Source: Paraphysomonas bandaiensis (Eukaryota; Protista; Chrysophyceae). Taken from it: a stretch of DNA of 64,000 nt. Location: positions 124,001-188,000 of the forward strand of contig CBFFRP010000410.1 in assembly GCA_965644295.1 (NCBI GenBank), given 5' to 3'. This document shows, in pieces, positions 51,436-64,000 of this stretch. The position numbers and the translations under genes are program-made. A model generated the notes under the pieces. It made no database searches, was not told the DNA's origin, and saw only the letters and a list, made by a program, of their open reading frames with translations. The first letter of the stretch is position 1. Each line of letters begins with the position of its first letter.

Positions 51436-53452
51436 TAGAGATATCGATGTGTTTGTTTTCATGTGTTCGTATGCATGACTAGAATGTTATATGTCGAATC
51501 CTTTCTTCCTAATCCACTTTGATACCGTGGACTATAACAATGAATGATATGCATATACGTCAATAAACTGTGCGCTTCTTACTCAACTCAATGTAATTAG
51601 CCGAATCTATTAGATTCAAATAGACTTCTTTAAGTAGTACTTACATGACACAAATATTGAGATCAAAATTATATAACATACCTCATTTTTACATGGTAAA
51701 TATTTATAATTACATTGTCATTTTCTACAACGGTTTGTTTAACCTAGTAAGATATTTTCACTACTACCTTCTTCTATTGTATTATAGTAGTCCTACTTAA
51801 TCAGTCATTGAAAATTGTCAGTAACCATGACCGCGTATAATGTGGCGAAATATTTGACGGAAGTAGTTCGAATTTTAGATGTACTAAGTTAGCACTGCTA
51901 ACTATTCGTAACGAGAACTTTAGTATCCTGCTTGAATTATACAATTAAGGCTAATTAATTCCACCAGATTTGGTCGTTTTATAATATGTTACGGTTAATG
52001 TGATTAGTGCTTTCAGAACTATAGTATAAAAATACTTTCTGCCCCATTCCGAGGGCGTGACCATATATAGTGTAGGCTCGCTGGTATACCATCTATAACA
52101 CTGAGATTAACGTTGGTTAATAGATGCTGGTATAATAGATTATGTTTTTTGCAAAGACTGTTGTTTATATATATTGTCTTGATTAGCCTTATGGTCACAA
52201 GGAAAGGCTTGCATAACAAATAATAATAGTTTTCTATTTATTAGTAAGAATTGCTAATTGAATTATTCGGGATAAAAATGATAATAGATAAAAGTTTCCT
52301 AATAACTGCTATGCATGGGCTGGAATAATTTTGTAGCATCCTAAGTTGCATAGCTACTGAACATGATAAAAACCCATTATAATAACTGTGACCTTTACTC
52401 ATTATTATTAATCCTAATTTGTGATATAGCATATTATAAGGGTCAGTTTAGCATGGCAAAATCAGCACGCAGGAGTAGTAGCATGTCAAAGATTGTCGGA
52501 AAAGAACATATAGAGCACCTTCATAACAATCATCGTAATAAGCGGCACAAGTTGATTACGGAAATTTAACACCTTCGCAATATTTAAGTAGTATAGTAGT
52601 GTGAACGACGTTATGTATGTATTCGTTTTAGGGACCACAATTTGTCGCTATATTTTCACCAATAGTGTATGTGTGCAAGAATACACGCAAGACATAAAAG
52701 CAGTAGTGTGTGTGCGACAATAATGGAATAGAATCAATGGAATAGAATGATACTATTATTAGAACAAATGTTTCGGGAATGTTTTGAACTAAAAAAGAAG
52801 GAACTACCAAAAAATTGATTTTGTTAATAATCAATTCAGAGAATATATATTATATAATATGTCAAGCTGGAAATGGCCTATTGACACAAAAGAATTACTC
52901 ACGGTAGACGTCAATATATACCAGTTGTTGGAGTGACAAGATTCAAGGTGCATTTTCTAAAAGTAGTCATTAAATGATTATGTATGTCAAGCAAAAGTGG
53001 TCCATTTTGGGATAAGCTTGTAGTTCATAGAGCTATATTGTGAAAGCTAGCAAAAAGAATTGACGACTATTAATTGACAATGCAATAATTGGATGCTTAT
53101 AATTAAAACTTCAATAATTATTGTTGTTGACTGCCGCTGTTTGTTGTTTAGCTCCGTAATAGTTGCTACTTTTACCAGATTAATATATCAACATTTGACA
53201 TAATTGAGTTGCTGACTGCGTTTGTTTTACCAGAATATAAAATATTTATAATGTCAAGTAGTTGCACCTTCGTGGTGTTGGGGTGACGCACAAGCAGTGT
53301 TCATAGCGCTAAATAGTAGGATAACAGAGTTAAGTGCTAGTTTTGTACTCGAATATCTACATAGAAGGATTTAACGATATTACTGTATTTGTAGTCATAC
53401 CGCCTACAATACTTTGTAACAAGCAGTTCATAGACAACTAATTCACAACACT

Positions 53453-54452
53453 TTACAATAACGACACTTGCAAACCCGAAGTTTCTCCCTTAACATTACC
53501 TTTATGATTGGGAACAACTTTGACATCATTGTATCGGTTGGGCGATACATCATCGTCATTAAATTCACACTCAAATTCCTCTAATCCAGCCATATAAGCT
53601 TCCAACATCTGAGATACACTATTCAAAACAACATGAAACTGTAATATCAGTTAATACCTTGAGAGTTTTCTTTTGCATAATAAAAATAATCAAATTCCCG
53701 ATTCCTTGAATTGGCGTTAGAAACAAAATAACAGCCTCGCGTACGTATACGTCAGCGTCACTATTTTGCGTTTCAAAAATGACATGGAATAGCACCAACA
53801 GGAATAATACGAACACAGCAAGCAAAGCATAAGCAACTGGGCCATTGATAGCACGATTCAAATATATTGATACATCTCCAGTCTTCAATTGACGGCATCT
53901 AGCTGATATAACAGCTAGACAATATAGTGAATTCAGCAGAATGACAGTCAATATACAAAGAAAGAATAATCCGTTAGCATCTCCTGATGAGGAGTTCCGT
54001 CTCGTAGCACACCAATCACCCACTCTACCAAACCCTTGTGTAACCAATGGACATATCGTACATAGAAATGGAATGAATAATATCATTAGTTTATGATATC
54101 CTCTTAGTTTCATTGTATGACTATCTTCAGGTAACTGTCCTGTAAGTATCATAAGGAACTGACGTGCGGCCCATAACATAATTAAGGAGATGATATTAAT
54201 CTGTATGGTGGTGTACCAGTAGAGACCTTCCCCTATGTAGCATCCGTATGGAAATGAGTGTAGAAAATAAGGGTATTTAGCGAGTAATTGTATGGCTGTG
54301 GATGTGTTTAAGTAGAGGACGAGTTGAGAGGTATCTGTGTGTGTGTGGGATCTATAGAGGGTTAAGGATATGAAGGATGATGAGAGAATGGTAAGGGAGA
54401 AGAGGAAAAGAAGGGTGAGGGAGAGGGGAGAGGATGGGGAGGTGTGTGTCAT
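53453..54452 (-). CDS. Second cAMP-receptor-like 7TM GPCR-like protein
   Basis: About seven hydrophobic segments, GCYIGEG, GFGRVGDWC (ECL2 WC motif), PIQGIGNLIIF. Last intron about 53611-53657; start uncertain. Confidence 0.7.
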
Positions 54453-54604
54453 AGTTCGATGCTTGTGGGATGATATGATGACATATACACATACATGTAT
54501 GTATATCTAGAGCTAGATACATACATGCATATACATACTGAGGCATGCAGAGCAGAGCAGAGATACGGTACGATAGTCGACCGGGCCGGGTGGATTGAGA
54601 TGTC

Positions 54605-55276
54605 ATGTATGTATGTATGTATGTATGTATGTATGTATGTATGTATGTATGTATGTATGTATGTATGTATGTATGTATGTATGTATGTATGTAGGTAGGT
54701 ATGTATGTATGTATGTATGTATGTATGTATGTATGTATGTATGTATGTATGTATGTATGTATGTATGTATGTATGTATGTATGTATGTATGTATGTATGT
54801 ATGTATGTATGTATGTATGTATGTATGTATGTATGTATGTATGTATGTATGTATGTATGTATGTATGTATGTATGTATGTATGTATGTATGTATGTATGT
54901 ATGTATGTATGTATGTATGTATGTATGTATGTATGTATGTATGTAGGTATGTATGTATGTATGTATGTATGTATGTATGTATGTATGTATGTATGTATGT
55001 ATGTATGTATGTATGTATGTATGTATGTATGTATGTATGTAGGTATGTATGTATGTATGTATGTATGTATGTATGTATGTATGTATGTATGTATGTATGT
55101 ATGTATGTATGTATGTATGTATGTATGTATGTAGGTATGTATGTATGTATGTATGTATGTATGTATGTATGTATGTATGTATGTATGTATGTATGTATGT
55201 ATGTATGTATGTATGTATGTATGTATGTATGTATGTATGTATGTATGTATGTATGTATGTATGTATGTATGTATGT
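54605..55276. repeat. (ATGT)n microsatellite with sparse AGGT variants
   Basis: Direct observation. Confidence 0.98.
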
Positions 55277-55477
55277 ACATATGTATGTAGGTACATGTAC
55301 GGGTGTTATATATGTATATATCCATACATATCTTATAGATACATATGTATCTTACAGAGCCACTAACAAGCTAATAAGCCTCTTCTTGGGTCACAAGCTA
55401 GATCTCATGGTCAGTCTCCAGAGTGGCTAGAGGACTCTCCTTCTCTCTCTCCCTCTATAGGGGCCAGTAGTTATGAG

Positions 55478-56107
55478 ATATGACTGTACTGCATATGACT
55501 ATGCTGCATATCACTGTACTGCATATGACTGTACTGCATATGACTATGCTGCATATCACTGTACTGCGTATCACTGTACTGCATATGACTGTACTGCATA
55601 TGACTATGCTGCATATCACTGTACTGCGTATCACTGTACTGCATATGACTGTACTGCATATGACTATGCTGCATATCACTGTACTGCATATGACTATGCT
55701 GCATATGACTGTACTGCATATGACTATGCTGCATATCACTGTACTGCGTATCACTGTACTGCATATGACTGTACTGCATATGACTATGCTGCATATCACT
55801 GTACTGCGTATCACTGTACTGCATATGACTGTACTGCATATGACTATGCTGCATATCACTGTACTGCATATGACTATGCTGCATATCACTGTACTGCATA
55901 TCACTGTACTGCATATGACTATGCTGCATATCACTGTACTGCATATCACTGTACTGCATATCACTGTACTGCATATGACTATGCTGCATATCACTGTACT
56001 GCATATCACTGTACTGCATATCACTGTACTGCATATGACTATGCTGCATATCACTGTACTGCATATCACTGTACTGCATATCACTGTACTGCATATCACT
56101 ATACTGC
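55478..56107. repeat. 15-bp minisatellite, 42 units, with 60-bp higher-order pattern
   Basis: Variants ATATCACTGTACTGC, ATATGACTGTACTGC, ATATGACTATGCTGC and GTATCACTGTACTGC; 630 bp = 42 x 15. Confidence 0.95.
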
Positions 56108-56508
56108 TATTAACGTATAGCATGTTACTATTATATTGCACGGCTATGACATATTGCAACTGTTACTACTATTGTAACCCGTACTATGACATACTACAGC
56201 TACTCTATTATATCATACTACTATGACATGCTAGTATATCATACTCTACTATTATACTATATCATACAAGTATATCATGCTACTACTACTATTATACTAT
56301 ATCATGCTACTACTTCTATTATACATTGTGCTATGACATGGCCTATTTTTCCCACTACTGCTATTAGTACTTATTACTATGACATAGTGCTATTAATGCA
56401 TATTACTGATATTAGTACTTATTGCATAGTACTAATACTAATACTTTTATGACTATTATTAGTTTTGATTATTACCATACATGCCTAATTGTATATTTGG
56501 ATGTTTAG

Positions 56509-56987
56509 CGAGGTCCCGAAAATGATGTTCTACACCCGTATTATTAACTTGGTGCTGAGTGTATGTATGATATTGGCGTCTTTGTTGAGCTTGATTACTA
56601 CTGAAAGTGTCACCACGGGAGGTTTGGCGTGTTATGTGGTTGTGTTGTCTTGTCTTTTGTGTTGTTATGAAACACACTTAAAACAGGTGTCCAAAGTTAT
56701 CGCTCTTAATTTCGGGTTTCTGTTCAGTGCAAAGTCCAGATGTCTTTTCATGGTGTTTGTTGGGAGCTTGTTGTTTAGTTTGTTCGGAAAGTTGATAGGG
56801 TGCGCAATGATGGCCAATGCTGTATTAAATGTGTATGTTATAATAAAGCACCCGACATTTGAAGACGCCCAGAGACAGAGTGCACAGAAAGATATATCTG
56901 ATTTTCTTGCCGCACATCCAGGCCTTGCCAAACAAGCTATGGCAATGGGTGTTCAGGCTGGAAGTGACTTTGCAAGAGATAATCCAG
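56509..56987 (+). CDS. TVP15/COPI-associated Golgi membrane protein, single internal exon (possibly pseudogene)
   Basis: Acceptor TTTAG at 56508 and donor GTGAGT at 56988. YTRIINL...YVVVLSCLLCCYE...IALNFGFLFSAKSRCLFMVFVG matches the COPI_assoc pattern. Flanking exons not found. Confidence 0.65.
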
Positions 56988-57352
56988 GTGAGTAGGAGTA
57001 TAGTGCTATTTACTACAGCTTTGAGCTATGTACATAGAAATGATAAGACAGGGTGCTGAAAGTATAGTTTCTGATCGCACATATGCACAAATTTAGTTAT
57101 TAATTCTTTAATTAATCGCAATGTATAACTTGTGTTGTTGGAACAGTAGTAATAATTATCTATGTTATGCTATTGGGTGTATTTCAATATCTATACTTTT
57201 GGTAACAGATATACAAAATACATAAAGCCGTACACGATATTGTGTTTCATGTAAAACATATTAATTTTATATTCTTTCATGTCAATCACTGATCAACTTC
57301 CGTATCTTGAATCGTCATGATATCTCAGTTTTACAGCTATTATCGCTATTTA

Positions 57353-58709
57353 CCTGGCTAGGGACTATTGTGTGAAAGTCTTATTATTAGCAGTGGGCGT
57401 CAAGAATCGACATCAGATAAGTAGTTAGATGAAAACTAGTCAAGCTAGCTCGACCTCTTCCAGTAACTAACTAGTACAAATTTTCATATCCTACTATATA
57501 ACGCTACAGAAGATGCTTGTAAGGTGCAACCACTTCCGTTCTTGTGTGTGAAGGAGAAGCTCTCTGTGGACGTCAGTCCTTGAAGTACAGAAGGATTAGT
57601 CAGGAGGACGCCCCTTAGGATAGAGCTTCTCGGTCCTCGGGACTTTGTGGAGGAGAATTCTGTGTCAGTGAGTCAAATGTTCTTAACCTGAGATAAATGG
57701 ACGTGGGGGTATGTTGTAAGTTGAGGCTCCTGCGTGTCTTGGACTGGCTTTTGCTGTGAGTTGGGCCTGGGAGTGGAGTAGCTGACGGAGTTGGCGTCGT
57801 GGCGTCCCTGTTGAGGCGGGGGTGGCGGAAGAGGAAGGCGGTGGCGCGTTAGGTCTCCGCTTACGCGTAGTAAGCCTAGAACCCGTGGTTTTTGCTGGGT
57901 GTTGCTCGATTTAAATTGCGTATTACTGCATTTTGAGCGCGAGCTGAGGAACTTTGTGTATGACCACGTCGCTGAGGCGGTCTAAGGGGGAGCCGTCTTG
58001 TTAAACTTCAACTTAAATCAACATTTTCAAAATTTCACCAGGTTTTGACCACTTTACCAGGTTTGGGCATCACATCGACTTTTCGTGGCCCCCTCTGTGG
58101 TTGACAGCGAAACGCCTACTACGATCTTGGGGCATTTGTTTGGCTGTAGTATAGAGCGGTTGAAGGAGGGCAATACTATTGTTAGATAGTTAATCACTAC
58201 GCTGCCAAGCGAATACTACCTACTGCTCAGTTAATCACAACTTTCATCATCCTCATTATCGGAGCCATCATCGGTGACGTCATTATCACCACATTCATTC
58301 AAAATTAATTGAAATATGCATACATTCGGCCACAAGTATCGATATTAGTCTTCATAAACAGCATCTTATTGAGTGCAGTAGGATGCAGGATGCATAGTAA
58401 TAAGAACACTGAGATAATAAGTTTAGCTGCACTAAACAGAAGGTGTTCACATATATTGGAAGCACTTACAACATGACGCATGCACCTGTACTTAGATATT
58501 TCGTTTTTTAATTTTCTCCACATAATAGCGAAAATGAGCTTCATCATCTTCTGTATTGTTTCCATCACACTAAGAACGAGATGTATTCATAATATATATC
58601 ATGACTATCATAATATTGATTGCAATAGTATAGTGAGGCACTTTGACAGAAATAATATTGATTGAATATTTGAACCGTCCACCAATCAATATATTGTCCC
58701 CTAGCCCTG
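57353..58709. mobile_element. Possible decayed hAT-like element with GC-rich interior
   Basis: Right end (rc) CAGGGCTAGGGGACAAT versus left CCTGGCTAGGGACTAT; abrupt GC-rich block at 57600-58150. No TSD found. Confidence 0.3.
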
Positions 58710-59069
58710 ATTTAATTTGCAGATGTTCCTAAAAAATGCACTTTTTAGTTTACTAGGAACGTCGGATATTCCCGCCATTGATTGACAACTCTAGCAATTA
58801 TACTTTGACTAAAATGTACCAAAAAAGAATTATTGAGTTATTCAGGGAGTAAATACATTTGTTCTTCATTCCCTTTAATTTATATATAGTTGAGAAAATA
58901 AAAAGTATGATATTTTTCTATGTTCGCCTTAATTGGACGAGTACGCAAGTATAAAGAGTATTAAGTATGCGTTTGTAATATATAGTCATTAAGTCCGTGG
59001 TAGTCACAGATATAACAGTCCCGACAATGTAACTCACTTATTCGAGAATAATAAAGGAAACCGCTACAT

Positions 59070-61282
59070 TCATCTTTTGTTGTATATGGGATGAAAATAT
59101 TCCTTGGCAATGTTAACCTTCTCTTCTTGACCCCACGTAGGAATTGCAAAAGGTATATCAACCATGCGGTCAAGGTACATAAATCCACTAGAACCTGAGT
59201 TGGCATAATGCTTACCATCATATGTTTCAATATCAGACGACAGGCCACTAGCATCACCAGCTACAAAAACTATGAATGGCGTGTTCTCGGTGAGTAGTAC
59301 AAGTGCCTTTAAAACCTCGGCACTTTTGTCAGGGGGACATCTATCAAGATCACTTACCAATATTATCAGACGACATGGCAGTAGGGTGCGAGATGTAAGA
59401 GTTGTTCCTCTAATAAACTTCAGAATCTTCCTCGTAGGGTGCGAGAGTAACTCGTAGTTATTGAACAACGACGGCACGAGATAATCCCAAAAATCAACGT
59501 GATACGGATTTACCAAATACTTCCCTAACTTTTGGAGTTCCATTTTAATTGAATTCATATATCCCAACCGCTCAGTATACTTCGGAATACTTGCCTCATC
59601 TTCAATGGCTTGAGATCGGGTCGCTGCAGTATAAGCAAAGGAGCGTGCCGCCAGGAAGCCCTTGCTAATCGCTCCAACAGCAGCAGTAATGAAGGCTACA
59701 ACAGATATCACGGAGTAGATTTTGCTCAACTGCAATAAAAGCCAAACGTATACCGCAACAACTGTTGCAATGGAACCCATTGCCAGATAAAAGAGAGACA
59801 CATAAAGCCGAGCCCGCTTGGCGGCATGCGAGTAATCTGGACCGTAGTGGTCCTCCACAGCTTCATGCAAAGTTTTAATTAAACCTGCCCACAAACAGTC
59901 GGTACCGCTGTACAGCCAAGCATCAAACCACACTACTTTATAGACGAAGAATCTGTTTTTTGATGCATCGAGTACCTTTGATTTTAGGCGGGAAGTACCA
60001 TTCCATGCCTCGTACAACTGACATAAGTCTCTGTTTTTCGGATATTTCTTAGCAGCGAAGCAGTTTTGTAATCGTTTCACAGTAATTGTGTACAAAAACA
60101 CTACAGGTTTTACAATTAACTGAAGTATTTCTCGTTCCCACTCAAATTCAGCATTGCGTGCACGCCAATGAGTGTCCACCCAAGATCGGATTATACTTCC
60201 ATCATCCCTGCACCCATCAGGTTTTCCACCTAATACAACGAAAATTATATGCGCATATGATGTCGTTCAAGTTAATTATTTAGAGGTATTGTACTGCAAA
60301 TAATCCCCATACCTAACTCGAGCCACTTATACAAATATAAGATTTCTGTGCCATCCTTACGAAGAGTGTCTGCCACTCGATTGAGGAGCCTGCTAGTTTC
60401 ACATGCGCTGTAATTCATCTCTTGTATTGCTTGGGAAAGCACTATAGCATAAACTTTTTGAACAACAGATGCCATAAGGTAGTCCTTTCCCGTTCCGAAT
60501 GGTGCATACATGCCGAATATGCAAGGCGCAGCAACCCGCAATACAACTAACTGAGCTAATCGGGTACTAATCTCATCCATTGATATATTTACACATGGCA
60601 TATCATTCCGAGATCCAGTATCATGAATAGTATTCACTTTTAAATGACTTTCTCGAAATATTGATATGAATGTCTCCTTATGACTGGAATAGATCACCTT
60701 CAGTAACGGTAATATAGTGGGATTCAATGAAAACGTGTATGCAATCAGTTTCCTTCGATTGTTGTTATCTTTGAATGTACCAATATCGGATAATAAAATA
60801 GTGTGTGTAGTTAATAAGTCGATCAATAGATCCGCATCAGCATCTATATGAACAACTTCCTCATAGTTTCTTCTATCTACATGACGGAGTTTCTCTATCT
60901 GAATATGATTCATACATTTCTCAATAATATGAATATAAAATGATTTTAAATGAATATTATGGAAGTTATTATCATATCGGATATACATATCTATTAATAG
61001 TAATATCCATGAGAGTCTTAATGGCCATTGCTGGGATAGAAGGATCCATAGTAGTACATGTTTATACATTGTATTTGATGTATTTGATGGTAGAAACATA
61101 CGGCATAATATATACATATGTGTAATACGTTTAATTAATCGGGCGTTAGATAGAAGATATGGATGGATGTCAGTGAAGTGGGTCTCTTCTATAGGGGTTA
61201 GTGATAGGACCCTCTTATCTATGAGTTCAATAGGGGAGAAGTGTTGATATGAAGTGTCTTCAGAGGGAAATATCTTCTCCAT
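59070..61282 (-). CDS. KAP-family P-loop NTPase (NKPD1/Kidins220-like), circularly permuted
   Basis: FGMYAPFGTGKD (Walker A), VWFDAWLYSGTDCLWAGLI, two TM helices, RLIILVSDLDRCPPDK (Walker B), YLDRMVDIPFAIP. Intron 60230-60312. Confidence 0.88.
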
Positions 61283-61841
61283 GATTGGGTAATATTCAGA
61301 AGTCTATGATTGGATTATCTTTAACTTCATATCTTAAATATACATCTATGCCCTCATATTTATCACGTAAGTAGAGTATGGAGAGTATCCTTATGTATAT
61401 AAAGTACACGATATTTAGTACTTAGAACCCAATATTTGGGATATTTATGCTTAAAATCATTAAAAAAAGGTGAGCTATTATAAAAATCATCAATTTTCCA
61501 GCTATCGCCCCTCCAAAACCCCTCTATTACTAAATATCTTAGAAATACGATATATTAAGCCGAAACGGATGAAATGAGTGGAATGATCGTACGACACACA
61601 GCACCTCGCTGTTAATATGCACACATACATATATATATGCAGTGGCAGCAGGAGTATATAGAGCACTGATTGAAGAGATATACACACTCAATTGTAGTGT
61701 TATATATAGTGGACATATTATCTGTGTGAGATTATATTAGTGTGTGTATACGTTAATATCAAGTACTTATAAGGCGTCATTATATATATGGAAATATACA
61801 TATAAACATCCACAGAATCAATTACATTTACTGAGATTGTA

Positions 61842-62624
61842 ATGAGTCAGAAGAGAATTCATCCTGATGGGGAGTTGCCTCCACTATCGAGTCCGAATAA
61901 ACTTGATGCACTACGATGCTCTCCAGATATCAATCAGTCAATCTCTCCACTATCTCCGCAGAGCTTCACTGATAGTAACAGACAGTGTCGAATATCATCT
62001 ATGCAACTATTAACTACTGTTATTCGACCTATTGTTCATGTTGCCCAAAGTGGAACTGCTGGAGATACAACAACAACTGAGTCCGATACTCGTACAGTTT
62101 ACTACAAAGGTCGATATCGGAAGCTGAAAGGAGGAGATTCGAAGGGTTGCAAATCAGTTCAAGCCAAAAGCCTTCGAGATGATTTAATCATGACATCTAA
62201 AGCTCATGGTGTTTTGTATAACACAACTTTTACCGATGATGATTACGAAGCATTTAGAGAGAGTTTTCAGCTTCTTATGAAGCGCGATAACGATTTCGGG
62301 GTCCATATTAAGGTTCTACTGAAAAGCCTTATTCGCCTTCAAGTTTATACATGTAAAAAGGAAGCCTACAAACTTCTGCGGTCTATTCCAGGAAAGACCC
62401 ACGGCATGATTTCTTATGAAAGTATAATTGCTGCGTCAAAAGATATACACCTCCACCAGCGAAACAAGCTTAGAAAGTTCATGAAAGTCCTTCCTGAAAC
62501 TTGCAAAGAAAAGGGCTTGACCTGGTTGTTTGGTGATGGATTTCCCACTCCGAAGGATTCGTCTTCTAGATTTAGCACTGGGGAATTTAATACGAAGGAG
62601 TTTAATGATTGGGCTGCGAAATAA
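61842..62624 (+). CDS. Hypothetical protein with degenerate EF-hand-like pair
   Basis: Intronless 260 aa. FTDDDYEAFRESF...EAYKLLRSIPGKTHGMISYESII resembles a calmodulin/centrin lobe lacking Ca ligands. Confidence 0.55.
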   Translation: MSQKRIHPDGELPPLSSPNKLDALRCSPDINQSISPLSPQSFTDSNRQCRISSMQLLTTVIRPIVHVAQSGTAGDTTTTESDTRTVYYKGRYRKLKGGDSKGCKSVQAKSLRDDLIMTSKAHGVLYNTTFTDDDYEAFRESFQLLMKRDNDFGVHIKVLLKSLIRLQVYTCKKEAYKLLRSIPGKTHGMISYESIIAASKDIHLHQRNKLRKFMKVLPETCKEKGLTWLFGDGFPTPKDSSSRFSTGEFNTKEFNDWAAK

Positions 62625-63437
62625 AAACAGACGAATGACAACGAATTAGTGTTATGAACGCAACTATATCATACGACTTATTGGTATAGTACAGTGTTTG
62701 GTGGCAGCAGATTCATGTGTGACGATGTGACGTATATCCGTTTCTTGCTTAGCAGTATTCGCGTCTAGCTAATGTGGGGATCATTGTAGATAAGCAAGGA
62801 ATGAAGTATTTGTGCACTGTTTATTGTAGTGACTCGTTGAGAACTCAACGAATGTGGGAATTTCGAATTTATGTGATTGACACAATTAATAATATCGAAA
62901 TTCTGATGTGTTTACACTTATCATCCACAGGTGTGAAGCTGACATTGTACTGTGTAGCTATGTGGTAAAGCGAAGTCATTGATAGATTTAGATTTACAAG
63001 TACCTCATTACGTTTCATTCAGTGACATTATCTTCAGTGCACACGTATTTCAAAGCAAACTATTCTAATGCGAGGATGATTTCATCTTTAATATGCGCCT
63101 ACACAGCTAATCATAAAAAAATGCGCTGATGTCATTAGATGACAGAAACACAGATCGAATATTTTACGAAACTGGCTTGTAATCACTCTTACTTCTAACT
63201 TAGAAAGTCCGCTCTTTAGAGACTAAAATGTGGGGCAATAAAATATATGCTTTCTACCAGACCCAAACTCACACACTTAATCCATGTTCCAAGTCAAGAC
63301 TTTACTAGGTTAGATGCGTGGTGGTTGAATTGCAAACTCTGCTCGCTAACTTAACCCTAACTTAAATCAAGAGTAAAACAACAACTATAACACAAAGAAA
63401 TATATATACAAAATCTACTATAAAACCTATTGTATAA

Positions 63438-63747
63438 CTAGCCTTCGCGAAATTTCCATTCCTGCCGACACATTGGACAGTCTTGCCTGACATTCTGTTG
63501 CGACTCTAGCCATTTCATTACACACTGCATATGAAAAGCATGTCCACATTTCCCCCAAACAGGAGGACAGTCATCTAATGAATATATTAGATCACTATGA
63601 GTTCTATGATGTGGTTGTATTACCTCCAGGGAACTTAACACCAGGCGGACAGGCTTCAAATGGCATTCTACAGATACCACATACCTCCTCATCCACATCC
63701 CATTTCCACACCGCAACACCATGCCATCTTTTGATTTTTACCTTCAT
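63438..63747 (-). CDS. APC11: Anaphase-promoting complex subunit 11 (RING-H2)
   Basis: MKVKIKRWHGVAVWKW...CGICRMPF...PG|DDCPPVWGKCGHAFHMQCVMKWL...CPMCRQEW. Intron 63575-63623. Confidence 0.95.
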
Positions 63748-63810
63748 TGGAGTTCTATTTTGAAAAACTAAATAAATAACATACAATACTACCGTTAAAC
63801 AACAACATCC

Positions 63811-64000
63811 ACATACATACATACATACATACATACATACATACATACATACATACATACATACATACATACATACATACATACATACATACATACATAC
63901 ATACATACATACATACATACATACATACATACATACATACATACATACATACATACATACATACATACATACAGACATATATACATACATACATACATAC
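63811..64000. repeat. (ACAT)n microsatellite (runs off right edge)
   Basis: Direct observation. Confidence 0.97.

Noticed and set aside
55455-56226. Four 200-250 aa repetitive ORFs
   Set aside because: By-product of the stop-poor 15-bp minisatellite.
63350-63362. Telomere-like TTAACCCTAA
   Set aside because: Single copy, expected by chance.

Overview
Gene-dense eukaryotic nuclear DNA with short GT-AG introns (mostly about 40-90 nt). It comes from a flagellated stramenopile, most likely a chrysophyte/ochrophyte: it carries a tubular-mastigoneme (Sig/Ocm-type) gene with QPSGQPT repeats, and CCDC40. About 19 intact or near-intact protein genes can be supported: a repeat-rich disordered protein running off the left edge, a DUF6817-like protein, serine carboxypeptidase S10, a CHK2-like FHA-kinase, a 4-TM PGG-like protein, Rab6, two cAMP-receptor-like 7TM proteins, the mastigoneme protein, a FAAL-ACP didomain, a divergent myosin, an AAC4-like protein, chitin synthase, an ATAD3-like AAA ATPase, CCDC40, a TVP15/COPI-associated exon, a KAP NTPase, an EF-hand-like protein and APC11. 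Mobile-element material includes a deleted hAT with an 8-bp TSD, a Myb/SANT-like (DUF6818-like) gene bracketed by inverted repeats, and an orphan LTR gag. There are six (ACAT)n arrays and a 15-bp minisatellite. Best leads: (1) the ATAD3-like ATPase has a signal peptide and an apparently catalytically dead peptidase-S74/MYRF-type intramolecular chaperone domain; (2) the KAP NTPase is circularly permuted; (3) nine head-to-head gene pairs, with every (ACAT)n array sitting just upstream of a start codon and ApT-rich 5' exons; (4) a stand-alone FAAL-ACP and a divergent myosin near a chitin synthase. All family calls come from motif recognition by eye; no searches were run.
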